Shown here piece after piece: positions 13,489 through 27,379 of a stretch of DNA of 64,000 nt. The stretch lies in assembly GCF_009834535.1 (NCBI RefSeq), contig NC_045707.1, forward strand, positions 51,028,001 to 51,092,000, given 5' to 3'. Position numbers and translations under genes: made by a program. Origin of the DNA: Camelus ferus. Taxonomy: Eukaryota. The first letter of the stretch is position 1; every line of letters starts with the position of its first letter. The notes below the pieces were generated by a model that was not told the DNA's origin, did no database searches, and saw nothing but the letters and a program-made list of their open reading frames with translations.

Positions 13489-15160
13489 CTAAGAACATTT
13501 TTTTAAAAAAGAAAAAAAAATTATATTGCTAGCAAGTGAGTAAGTCTGAAGAACAAAGCCACCTGCAAGTATTCATCTAGTTAGATTACAAAAAAATAGC
13601 ATCAAAACAAGTAACTGATGTACTTAAATCAAAAAGCAGAAAGCAAAAGCCTCGAAGTTTTCACAGGAAAGACAATATGCTTGAAGTACTGAAATGGTAG
13701 CTCATCTCCCTTCCTTTAAAGCAGTAAAAGTGAAAAAAAAAATTAAAAGAGGTGAAATATCTGCTTGGTAGTTTAGATTCTAACCGAGAGAAAATGAAGA
13801 ACAAAGAATTAAGAGAAAGAGGCATGGAATTTGTCAACAAAGACAAGTATTCAACTTCGATTTTGTTAATATTATGACTTTATACATATATGACTTTATT
13901 TGTTTATATACTAAACAAATTATTTAACTTCTCTGGGTTAATCTATTGAATATTCTAAGAATTACATAAGACTATAAAAAATGTTCAGCAAATAGTAACT
14001 ATGATTGGATAAACAAAATGTTTGTCTTACTAAATCAGATTTTTTTTAAGTTACTTAAAAATTTTTAGGACATTTCAAAGGTAAAAATATACCATTAAAT
14101 ATAAAACTTAAAAAATATAAATTAGGATTTAGGAAACAAGTATTTATTGAGATAATTGCAAATCAATACAAAAAAATTAAAGTTCTATAATTACACATCT
14201 CAGAGTGCAATCTTGTGTTGGATAATGGGCATCTTTCATGATTACTAAGGTTAGCTAACTTAACAAAAATATTAGTATTCTAAATTTAGCTTTTTTGACT
14301 ACAGGTATAAAGATCTCCCTCGAATCTTTTATTTGACAATAGGATGAATAAAGAAAATGTGAAATAAATCAGTAGGCTTAAGTTCTTGTCTTGGACTATT
14401 TACTAAACTAGCCATATGAAGTTAGGGTAGTTATTAGATCTATTTGCCCCTCATTTCTAATCTACTAAATAGACAACCAGCAAAAATAAACTCAAAGGTT
14501 CCCTTTGGCTCTAAAATACGATTTTATGATTCTTACTTTTTTTTGCAAAAGTTATATAAAAGTATCAAAAAATTAACTAATAAAAAGATTTTTCTAAATG
14601 TAAAAATTAAGATTATAAAGTACATATACTGCCTTCTGAGGAAGTACTAAAATTCTTATATATCAAAGATCCTGATTTATTGTGATGAGTAATTTAGTTT
14701 TGCTAAATTATAGAAAATATGTGATATTATAATAATATCTCAGAAAACAGTAAAACTGGATATGATACCGAAAGTATTTGGACTTATAAATCAAGAGAAA
14801 ATAGAATATTATTTTGTCTAAAACATATAATGCTCTTGGTTTCCTAGAAATAATAATAAAAAATTTTATAAATTCAGAGTATTTGAATAGTATGATATTA
14901 ATACATAAGAAATAGTGCATTTCCATATATAAAATGACAAAACATAAATTAATAAGACATTGCTTAAAAAACTGAAAAATCAGTTTTAACACACAAGAAC
15001 TAACAATTAGTATTGTGATATTATGTTAGTGCATATTACTTGAAAAGCTTACTTCAAGTATTTTAAAAATTCTCCTTATAAATTATTTATGCAGTTTTGA
15101 TATAAGCCATCCATTCACAAAATGTTTGCTGAAGATAATATAAGTTTTTATTATATTTCA

Positions 15161-15442
<282 letters not shown>

Positions 15443-17189
15443 TCAAACACAAGCATTACTTACAACATTACCATGTCAGTTTGTCACAAGTTTTAAGCTT
15501 ATTCATATAGTCACAGCTTTCTTTTTAATTTAGGTTCTTAAAGTTTTCTTTCAAAAATAACTATCTGAAACTGTTCTTAAACTTGAACACATTAGTTTAG
15601 CAAATTTAGCTTGATATGTTTTCAAATATTATTAAAGAAGGAAAAAGTACTCCTGACTTTAGACAGTAAGATGTGGTCAGGTATCCAAGAAAGGGGAACA
15701 GAGAAAATATATTCTTTAAATATATCTTGAAAAACAGCAGACTAGACTACATCAGAAGAATGACATCGACCAGAATGGGAGACCAATTTGTCAGGGGATG
15801 AAAAAATAGCATTTGAAGAAGGAAAATAAACACAGTAGTGGTGGGAAATTCCAGTATTCAAACATTTGTTAGCAATGTCTCACTATATAAAAGGTAGAAC
15901 ATTTGAAATTTTTTATTCCTTGTAATTATTTAGTTTTCATCAATGTATTCTTATAAAATGACCATTCTATAGAAAGAAAGAAAGAAAGACAGACAGACCG
16001 ACAGACAGGAGTAGACTTAAGAAGCTGATCTGGTAGAATGGAAGGGCACTAGTGCCACCTGTAGATACCTTTGAGGAATACATCTGAAACTGATCAGTTT
16101 GAAAACCATTTTACAAATCATTCTAATATGGTTATATTTTCTGTTAAGAGAGTTTTAAAAAGTCATTTTGCTTATATACATATGTGCAAGTCAATTTAAG
16201 TATCAAAATGAGAGCTACTTTTATTATGATACTATTCTTTCCTAAAGTATTAGCATATGAATGAAATCAAATGAACTATTAATATTCTCAATTAATTTCT
16301 AGAATAATATGTTGAAAATGTGATTTTTTAATGCAGAGATTGTTAAATAATTCTTTAAAAAATCAACATATGACAAGTTCTATTTATATATACAACCCCA
16401 CCAAACTTAGTGAATTTCAACAAGTACTAGATAAGGCAGAACAAAGGCAGCTTCCAGCTTATGAACAGATTTTATTTCAAAAACTTAAATTCTGAACGCA
16501 TTTTCCCCATATAAACAATGTGATAATTATGATCAGGTTTCTGGAGCAGGTTACAAATCAAAGTTTAACATAAAATTTTCTTCAAGTAGAATACAAATGA
16601 TAACATTTACATGAGAAAATACAACAAGTGCTAACATGCAATACCAAACTTTGTTTTTCACTGGCAACTAAAGTTTCTTTGTAGTAAAGGCATCAGTAAC
16701 AAGGCAATTTCAGTATTAATTTAAGCAAGCTACTGAGAGTTGGATATTAAAAGAATTCCTTCTTAATTATTTTATATATAATGATTTCTTAGTTACATAA
16801 TGATTTCTTAATTATTCTATAATAGTTAAGAAGTAATAAGTTCTTATAAAAATGACAATTATTTTATGACAATTAAGTAATTATAAAATGTAATCTTCAA
16901 TTGTTTTAAGTAAAAATGAATTTGGTGATGAGAAGCAAATGAAACTAAGGAGCTTCTTCTATCCCTTTGTACAAACCTAAGTTTGCTGTTATGAATAGAT
17001 TCCCTTGTCAAATTCAAAATCAAATCAATTAAATTTGTTAGCCTACATTTATTAGTCTATAGTCTAAACAGGCTATATTATGTTTATATGCTGTTCATTG
17101 TCAACTAAGATTACTAAAAGGAAAAAAAGGGGCAAAATTAGCCTAAATAGCCTAAATGTATATGTAAATGCAGCTCCAATCTTCTATTA

Positions 17190-17387
<198 letters not shown>

Positions 17388-18513
17388 CTATTCAGAAAGA
17401 AATCATTTTCATAATTTGATACTTTAGAATGAAATAAAAATCAGTAGTAAGTAGTCCTAGTGTCTTATTTAAAATATAGATAGAACATTAAAAGATTATG
17501 CTATTAGTTTTTACTGCTATATTAAAATAAATCATAAAAAATGTGAAACAATCTTCAGTATTCACAAAATACAAGTAAAATAATTAGTATTTAGTGGCAC
17601 TGAAGGATATATTTTTTCATTCATGCCAGCTCGACAGATTACGGTTAGCTTTTTATATATGTATCATTTTATGAAGTCGTATAAATCAGAAGTTTTAGAC
17701 AGTAAGGTCTCTTCGTACGTTTGTATCACACCAGGAATAGAACTCAGGTCTTTTCTCTCAGTCTAGTGTATTTGTTACACCATGTCAATTTTCATGTTGT
17801 CAGCAAAATATTTCCTGGTTGTAACAACAGGGTAGTTAATTTTATTTCAGCACTCTACAAAACACTCACGTGTTTGAAGTTAGGAAATAAAATTCTCTAA
17901 TAAACTGATTATTCAGGTTAAGTAAAGGTTATTATATTTAATCTATATAAATCCAAATTCTCAATGAATATAATAATTCATATCTGATAAAAATCTATAT
18001 TGGACACAACTTAACTTTAGAATCGTAGGACTGCAATAACCCTTAATGTATTATGTCATCCAACTCTGTTTTTAAAACATTTCTTAAACTATCCAATCAC
18101 TTTAATATTACTACTGTTATTAATACAGCACTAATATAAACTATAATTGAGAAAACTGTAGTCCAAGGTAAACTATTTTTTCTGATTATACATAGCTGTT
18201 CAAGGGCAGGATCAGAATTTCCAACTTTGACTTTGTATTGTGATATCCAAGGAATCTTCTACTAGTGTCATTATAGCAACTTACGGACACAATACAGCAA
18301 CAGAGATATATCCATTCATTTTATCACTGTTTTGTTCATTTTTTGATAGGAGTAGTGGTAAATTTAGTGCATAATCCACATAAATAAAATTCTCTTCATT
18401 TAAAGTCACTTAACTCATTGACAACTTGTTAATATCTAAAATTCATAATTTCATGGATTTAGTTTTCACACACTGTAATTTTTTTTTTTAGTGAGTTAGA
18501 AAAGTAAATGTTA

Positions 18514-18837
<324 letters not shown>

Positions 18838-21800
18838 CTAGCAACAAACACACTAGGCAAAAAATGCAAAAGCAGGCAATAGGTCCTGCTTCTTTCTTAA
18901 AGCTCTCCTAACACAACCTGTTATAACTTAAGAGCAAGGCTACACTAGAAAATTATTAAATAAAGTACTCTAAGAACAGAAAATACGTATGTGACAGGAA
19001 AAAACTATTTGAATGGCTCCTGGAAGGGTAAAGCCATGAGAGGGAAGAAATAAAGATGATGAAGAAATTTACCTCATTTTTCTTCACTATATTTTACTAT
19101 CCTATACTAAGACTTGCTTCCATTTCCTTAATCACATAGTTTTGGTATTCACTCAAAAAGTATGCCTCAACTGTAAAAGTGAAAAGGATCTATGAGTGAA
19201 AAGGGTCAACATTATTCCTAGAATTATTTCAAGTGTTATAACTAACAAATATGCATCCATGGTGGGATAGGGGCAAAGAGACTGAAAAAAACTTTGTGAT
19301 TTTGTTTTTAAAAATTTTTGTGGATGTGGTTGGAGTGCAGTCAGGATTCTATAGTATTACTTAAGATGCACAGCCCAGCTCTCTTAAATGATGATGAATT
19401 CTCATATAACTTAATTAAAACTTTTTAAAAGGTTGTGTTAATATCAGAATGTCAGGAACTTTCATCTCTTTCCCTGATATGGAAAACTGAATCCTCAGCA
19501 AATTTATTCAGGGACAGAAAAATACGCAACTTAAATAAAAAAGATATGAGGGTTCATTGCACACTAGTTTTAAGATACACTTCTCAGTAAATGTTTCAAA
19601 GGTTCGGAATCAAGATAGAAAGAAGGGCGAAGATCTTATATCAGACAAATTTTACTCAACATGAATCTCTAACAGACATTACAAGGTTTCAAATTATGAT
19701 TACTACTTGCCTGTGACATCGATGATTTTGCAATTGTGGAATAGTTCTCTGTCTCCAACTCCCAGGACACATAAGACCCAAGCATATATATCTTAAGCAT
19801 TCTCCTAGGAGGAGAGTAACAGTCCTAAGATCTTGCTACATTATGTTTCAGGCTGGCAATTGTGTGCACTGCACAAAAACTGTCAGATGCCATATGGGTT
19901 TAGTTAGAAACTAGGGGACAAGACTGGGGGGAGGAGATTGATTTTTTGCTTTTAGATATATTGCTGAATCTCAAGAGATCTTGGGAGTAGGGGGGTAACC
20001 CCCCCCCAAAAAGGGAAAAAAATGTTTAGGCTAACTATTCCCAATACTGGCTGCAATTCAGGATACCTGTGTAGCTTTGAAAAATTGAGGTATCTTAGCC
20101 CCATCCAGCTCTATCAAAACAGAATCTTCAGGAACAGAATTGCAAAAACGGTTTTAAAAAGTTTCAAAGGCAATTTTGATGTAAAGCTAAGGCCGAAATA
20201 CACTGCATTCCCAAGTGCATATAAAAATAGACTATTTGCTCTTACATAGCTCTTTTTTTTTAAATGTCAGATAAATCTGTATCATTTACTATAGAGATCA
20301 GAAAGTTACTCAAAAAACAGGATATACAGAACCTGAAAAAATTAATCATACAGTAAGAATTTAACTGAAGAAAAGAACAAATAAACAGAAAGTTTAAATA
20401 AATAAAAGTGCAATTATGTCAGCTAAGTATTTAAAATGTTACTGAAATGACCAATCTTAGAAAAGGAAGTTAGGATGAAAGACAAGGCAAATTACTACCC
20501 ACTGGAATCAGGTTCTTAGAATTATGGCAAGGAGTTATCATCATCAGTGAAGACTACAGACACTGGAGTAAGACATTCCCTACCTTTTCAAAGAACAAAG
20601 ATAGCAATTAGAGAGTGTTTAGCATCTAAAGGACTGCACAACACAGCTAATAAAATGAAAAACAAATTTTAAGCAATTTTCTTTATAAGTCACAAAGTTT
20701 TAAGACTCCAGGAATAAACAGCGTTATTGGGAAGGTAAATTTTAAATTTGAAAAAAAAAAAATAAGGTAAGAAAGCAGGCAAGATTAAAAATCAATTACA
20801 TTTGAATGACTAAAAAGCTACAGAACTTCAAAAACCAATCTTGCTATTATGAGTGCACTATCCAAATCAACAGGAGCATGAAGCAAGCAGTCTGTCTTTA
20901 ATTCAGTGTAAACAAGGCAAGTATCAGGCAACCCTGTGCCTAATAATTCTTCAGCCATCAACAGAGCAGTTATGTATTCTCACGCTAATGACCCAGGCAT
21001 CTGTGATGCTTTCCAGTATTCCCTATCCACAAAATTTTCATTTTTTTTTGAAAGATAAAATTTATAAACATCTGGAAACTCCTAAAAACACTTTAAAAAT
21101 CATTTCCATCTTGATGGCATCAGAGTTGAACTACAGGTCCATTAATTCTTTTCTGATATAAACTGTTTCAAAGATTTGGAGTTAGATAAAAAAGAAATCA
21201 TTGATTTTAAGGCAAAACAAACCTTATAGAACTCTGGTATTCCTTGAGAGAAATCTACCCATGTCTTGTGAAGGTGTTTATGGAAACTGTAATTCAGTTT
21301 GCAAAAATTTTATCTTGTGAATTGATTTTTTAAAAAACACCTGTAACCATCAAAATAAAAGAAATGCAATAAACTGTGTCTAACATGACATGCATGTCCC
21401 ATAGTTTATATTCTTATTCTGGCTAAGCAAGAAAGTCTTCAGACTGAATGTCTTTTTTTTTTTTTAATTGAAATGTTAAAAATCCCTACTCTGTGTGATC
21501 CTATACTATTCTAAGGTTTTAAATACCATCTACATGCTTGTTACTTCAAATTTTTATCTCTGGTCCTGACCACTTCCCTTATCTCCAGACTGACAGATCT
21601 ATCTTCATCTGTATATCTAAAAGGAACAAAAACAGGACTCTCAGTTTCCTTTCCTACACGTTGTTTCATCTGTCAAATTTATCTGTGGAGATCACTGCTA
21701 AAAAACTTGAGTCAAGAAGCCTCTCTGGATGTCAAATTCAATGTTTTTAAGATTACTTACTTTTTCATAATAAATTATAATAAAATGATTTGCCTGTTTT

Positions 21801-22204
21801 CCTAGCCCACTGCTTATGAGAAACAATGATTTTGAGAGTGAGGTAGGGAAGTAATACTAAAGAAGATAGTTTCAGCAAGTATCTCTAAAAGTGACAACTG
21901 ACAATGAGAGGAAAGTGATTTTAAAACTGAGTGCCTATACCTGGTAGAAGCCTGGGATACGCACACTCTTCACTAAAACTAAATGTGCACAATCACACAC
22001 ACCCACGCCATTTCATTCAGTCTTTACAACAATACAATGAGGTAGAAATTACTGTCCCAATTTAGAAATGAGGAAGATAGGGCTGAAGGAGCTGAAATAA
22101 TGTCTTCTAAGTCTCAAAGTCCCTGTGTGTCCTGGCATAAAGATAACTGCACTTCTCTAAAAACTCCCAGAATGAACCTAAAATGCTTTAAAAAGCAATG
22201 AATT

Positions 22205-22566
22205 AAAACTGCCACAGTTTTCCATGTCTGTGAGTCAGTTTTTGTTCTGAAAATTTGTTTGTCGAAAACAACCTTATGGTTACCAGAGGGGGAAGGGAGT
22301 AGGAAGGAATAAATTGGGAGTTTGAGATTTGCAGATACTAACTAATATAGTATAAGATAAACAACAAGTTTATACTGTATAGCACAGGGAACTATATTCA
22401 ATGTCTTGCAGTAACTTACGGTGGAAAAGAATATGAAAACGAGTACATATGTGTCCACGTATGACTGAAGCATTATGCTGTACACCAGAAACTGACACAA
22501 CATTGTAAACTGACTATACTTCAATAAAAATATATATATACCAAAAAACCCCCACAAAAACTGCCA
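22205..22566 (+). mobile_element. 5'-truncated, 5'-inverted L1 with TSD AAAACTGCCA
   Basis: Inverted piece 22215-22263, sense 3' UTR from 22264 to the A-rich tail, 10-bp TSD at a TT/AAAA site. Confidence 0.85.
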
Positions 22567-23928
22567 GTTAATGACCACTGACTGTATATAAGACCATGTT
22601 AGGTGACTCAGGGGATATGAAAATGAATCAGAAGTTCAAGCTTGTTTAGGGAACGCCTCAGTCTAAATACATAAATATTTTAAATAAACATTTAAATAAA
22701 CACTAGACAGAAAATTACAAACATCACAGGAAAGATATGAAAGTTGAAAGGAGTCTTGAAGATGAGAAATGTTTGCTTCTAGCTGGAAAGATAGGAGGGT
22801 TTTTTCTCTTTTTTTTTTTTAAGAAGAGAAGTCACTGTAAGGGTTGCAAAAGATGGGTAGGATATGGCAGAAGTTGGATGGGAAGGAAAGGAGAAGGGAG
22901 GAATTCTAGGCTCAAAGAAGAACATGAACAAATGTAGAGGTGAGGAAGACCACAACATGTACCCTACACCTTTCTCTCGTTGATATCTGGGTTTGCCTTG
23001 AGGACATGGTTTACACTGTAGCCCTTCCAAGTGGTGATGGTGTTCTTTTTCATCCTTTGCAACAATGGGCTTGGAGTTAGAGTAGGTGTCCTCCTTGATC
23101 CTTACCACTTCCAGACCACTGTCACTCCTTAAAATCATTCATCTCTGAATTTCAGGTCACTTTATTATCCACTATCCCTCCTTGTCACAGTCACCAATCT
23201 CTGGGTCACACATAGCTCCTGGTTCTCTCCAATATCACAGTTGTCAAAATTCTTAGTGGTTTCAAAATCTACACAGATGTATCTTCTAACTCTTGCCTTG
23301 ATGTCTTTTCTTCCAACGATTTTCATGTCCATCCTCCTTTAACTAGTTAAATGGCCACAGTCATATCTAATAAAAATATAGGGGGCCCTACCCACCACTC
23401 CCCATCCCTCTAAGGATATTCTGAAGTGTATGTGTGGGTAAGTACTTTTTGGTCATCACACTGAATGAAAAGTAATGATGGTACTTGGTGGATGAGGGCC
23501 ACGTTTGGTACATATCCTGAAATACAGTTCTGTGAAATGCCAATAGCATTCCTATTGGAAACTAGCAATGCTCTAGCTTGACCCTACTCAGACATCAAAA
23601 ATTCTTCAGCTCTGTAAACCACTGATCAATCACCTTTTCCTCATCCTTCATCCTCCCTCACATCCCTTCATAACCAGCTTAGATTGTGTCCCAATATTAT
23701 AATCAATCCCTTATCTATTTGTTTAGTAATACACATCTGACAAAATCTTAATCCTGTTTAACCATATTCTCCATGCCTGTACCAGTGTAGCTATAAAGTA
23801 GCAGGAAAAAACACATACCCAAATCAACTTATTTAATAAAGTATTGCTAACCTCAAGTAGGGTGTTAGAGTTGCTTGACGATCATAATGTATTTTCCTAG
23901 TCTATACACTTTCCTAGATCTTTGTTTC

Positions 23929-24603
23929 TTTTTTTTTTTTTTAACATTTTTTATTGATTTATAATCATTTTACAATGTTGTGTCAAATTCGAGTGTTCAG
24001 CACAATTTTTCAGTTATTCATGGACATATACACACTCATTGTCACATTTTTTTCTCTGTGAGTTATCATAACATTTTGTGTATATTTCCCTGTGCTATAC
24101 AGTGTAGTCTATTCTACAATTTTGAAATCCCAGTCTATCCCTTCCCACCCTCCACCCCCCTGGTAACCACAAGTCTGTATTCTCTGTCTGTGAGTCTATT
24201 TCTGTCCTGTATTTATGCTTTGTTTTTGTTTGTTTGTTTGTTTTTGTTTTTTAGATTCCACATATGAGCGATCTCATATGGTATTTTTCTTTCTCTTTCT
24301 GGCTTACTTCACTTAGAATGACATTCTCCAGGAGCATCCATGTTGCTGCAAATGGCATTATGTTGTTGGTTTTTATGGCTGAGTAGTATTCCATTGTATA
24401 AATATACCACATCTTCTTTATCCAGTCACCTGTTGATGGACATTTAGGCTGTTTCCATGTTTTGGCTATTGTAAATAGTGCTGCTATGAACATTGGGGTG
24501 CAGGTGTCATCCTGAAGTAGATTTCCTTCTGGATACAAGCCCAGGAGTGGGATTCCTGGGTCATATGGTAAGTCTATTCCTAGTCTTTTGAGGAATCTCC
24601 ACA
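23929..24603 (-). mobile_element. Young 5'-truncated L1 (ORF2 C-terminus, 3' UTR, polyA)
   Basis: Intact 117-aa ORF2 tail (CTPMFIAALFTIAKTWKQPKCP...WYIYTMEYYSA) and poly-T at 23929-23942. Confidence 0.93.
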
Positions 24604-24604
24604 C

Positions 24605-24755
24605 ATGTGATTTACAGGCTAAGTATCACCTAGGAACTTAACAGAAATGCAGAACTTCAGGCCCTACTCTAAATCTCTATATATCAGAACATGCACCATA
24701 ATAACATCTCCAGGTGATTCACAGGCACGTTGAAGTTTGTGAAGCACTGTCTTAG
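24605..24755. mobile_element. MER5A-like remnant next to the L1
   Basis: ATCACCTAGG...AGAAATGCAGA...CCAGGTGATTC...AAGTTTGTGAAGCACTG. Confidence 0.65.
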
Positions 24756-25513
24756 ATGACTACCTCATACCCTCCCCTATTCTGAGATCTCCTGCACTTC
24801 CTCTCCCTTCCTCACACTCTACTGGTGATTCTGCTTCCTGTTTTACTGAGAAAAGAGAAGCAAACAAAGGGCAACTTCCAGAAGCTATTCATCTATTAGT
24901 CACTTACCTATATTCACATCTCTATACTCTGCCTTCCCATTTATCACAGGTTAGCTGTTGGTTCTATAACTGACTGAATGAAATCCTCACCCTTAGCACC
25001 AGATCCTATTTATTTCTTCTCATCTATTTAAGGACATTGCTCCAGTAATTCATCCCCTGACCTTGAATTATTACTTTTCCCATTGTCAATGGATTAGATG
25101 CACACATGTTTTGTTTCTCCCCCCTTAAATAGAAAAACCTCATCATCCTACTACCCTTTCTTGACTCCACATTCAGCACCACCACCATTTCTTATCATGA
25201 TTTAAATGATTTTTCAATAACAACTTCAATTACTCTTCCTCCACTGTCCTAAAAGCACTCTATCAGGCTTTTGCATCTATCACTGCCACCGAAATTGCTT
25301 ATCAGTGCTACCCAACAACTCTGTGTTTAAGATTTCTTAAATGTCTGATATAAATAGCTGTAACATATAATCCAATAGAAAATAAGCCAGCACTGAACAC
25401 TGTGGTATTCAAGTCAGTTGGAATAAAGCTTGAAAATAAACTCTATTTTCCACAAATATCATCAAGTTTTTTTTAAAAAAGAAAATAAACTATTCCAATA
25501 GGTTTATTAATTA

Positions 25514-25684
<171 letters not shown>

Positions 25685-25751
25685 CTAATTAACACAAATT
25701 TTTATTTGGTATGCTATTAGGAACGGCGTATTACACAGAAATGCCCATGAA

Positions 25752-26055
25752 TGTGTGAAGGTGGACCAAAGCTACAAACTTCCAGTTATAAGTAAGGTCT
25801 ACTGATGTCATCTACAGCATGGGGACTATCGTTAACAATACTGTACTGCATATTTTAAAGTTGATAAGACAGTAATCCTTAAAAGTTCTCATCACAAGAA
25901 AAAACTGTAACTATATGAGGTGATGGATGTTAACCTATTGTAGTAATCACTTTTAATATATATATACATATATATGTATCAAATCATTAAATTCTACACC
26001 TTAAACTAAGACAAAGTTGTATGTTAATTGTATTTCAATAAAACTGGAAAAAATC
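25752..26055 (+). mobile_element. L1MA-like 3' end
   Basis: TACAAACTTCCAGTTATAAG...GAGGTGATGGATGTTAAC...TCAATAAAACTGGAAAAAA. Confidence 0.8.
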
Positions 26056-27050
26056 ATTCAGATTTCTCCCAGAAAAAAAAAAAGTGTATATATGTGTATG
26101 TGTGTGTGTGTGCAACCCTAATTAACACAGATACTTGTTTGGTATATTATTAGGAATGGACTATTCCATGGAGATGTTCTTGGAGATGAGGAAGGGTCAA
26201 ATGAACACTGCTTCATAAAATTTACTCTCTCCTTCCTTTCAACATCAACAGACTAAAACCACAGTTCATCTATTTTATATATTAAACTTTTACTAAAAGT
26301 TTTATTTCATCAAAGCATAGTGCCATCTGAAAACTCCTCCTCTACTATTTATATGCTTTTGGGAGAGGAGTTTGAACATGAGAATATGTTTAAAGACTGC
26401 ACTGAGTAGTTATTTTTAGGCTCAACATAAAGCTATTTATATAGTCTATTATAGTAATGGAAACCCTGGAGAATATAGAAGCAGCCAAAAGAGAGTTAAG
26501 ATTTTAGAGATTTGAAGAGGGAATTGAAAAGAATCTTTGCTTATAATTTTTATAGAAAACAAATTTTATGATTTTTAAAAAGAAATATTCCCACGTATGT
26601 TGTCCATTCTATAGAAATGCTGTACCACTCCGTTCTGCCAGTTTCTATTTTTCCTACCTTTCCTACAGAGTATTATAACCATTGGTTATCCTCCACATAG
26701 TAGGGCACCATTTTTTGCCATGTATTTAATTTCATTAAATCTAAGATGCCATCAATTATAAAGCTTACCATTATGTTACGTATCATTAAGAAAGAAAAAA
26801 TGTCACTAGTTAATTTTAAGATGCCTTTACCTGTAAGATTTATTCTGATTTCAGAGATGTTAAAATGTACACCTTAAGAACTAATGAAACAAAGTGTTCT
26901 TATTTAAACATTTTATCATTTGAGCTTCAACAACTGTATAGCATTTGGGGAATTATTCATATATGCTCTTGACATCCAGCTAAGTGCTACCTAGAGCACT
27001 GGTTAAACAATACTGGTATATTTTCCACAAAGAACAAATTATTTTTATTG

Positions 27051-27153
27051 ATCTTTTAGTGGCTGCTCTCCCTTTTGAGATGGACCACATTCTGTCTATG
27101 GAATGAATATCTCTCTAAATAAACTTGCTTTCATTAAAAAAAATCTTCTGGTG
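27051..27153 (+). mobile_element. Short polyadenylated ERV LTR (U3-R) fragment with TSD
   Basis: CACATTCTGTCTATGGAATG..TCTCTCTAAATAAAC, an A8 tail and an imperfect 11-bp direct repeat. Confidence 0.6.
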
Positions 27154-27258
27154 AAGTACTTAATATTGACAGTTATTTGTCTAGCTAAAAGTAAAGTTAA
27201 GATATATGAGACCTGGCTATAAGAAATAATTGATGATATATTCTGAGTAATACTTTAC

Positions 27259-27379
27259 CTTCAAGGCTGACATAAACAACGTATATTCAGACTCCCAGTC
27301 CCAATTTCTGTGGAGTGTTTTTAAGGCATGAGTAAATATCACCATAGACAGACAAACCCAGGATAATTTTTTTAATACA
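27259..27379 (-). CDS. TMTC3: TMTC3 exon 9 ([40 protein letters not shown])
   Basis: CAG/GTAAA boundaries, 121 nt. Confidence 0.96.

Noticed and set aside
19990..20007. G6-TAA-C9 mini hairpin
   Set aside because: Low-complexity homopolymers with no supporting context.
24251..24604. 117-aa ORF as a host gene
   Set aside because: It is the L1 ORF2 C-terminus of a 5'-truncated insertion.
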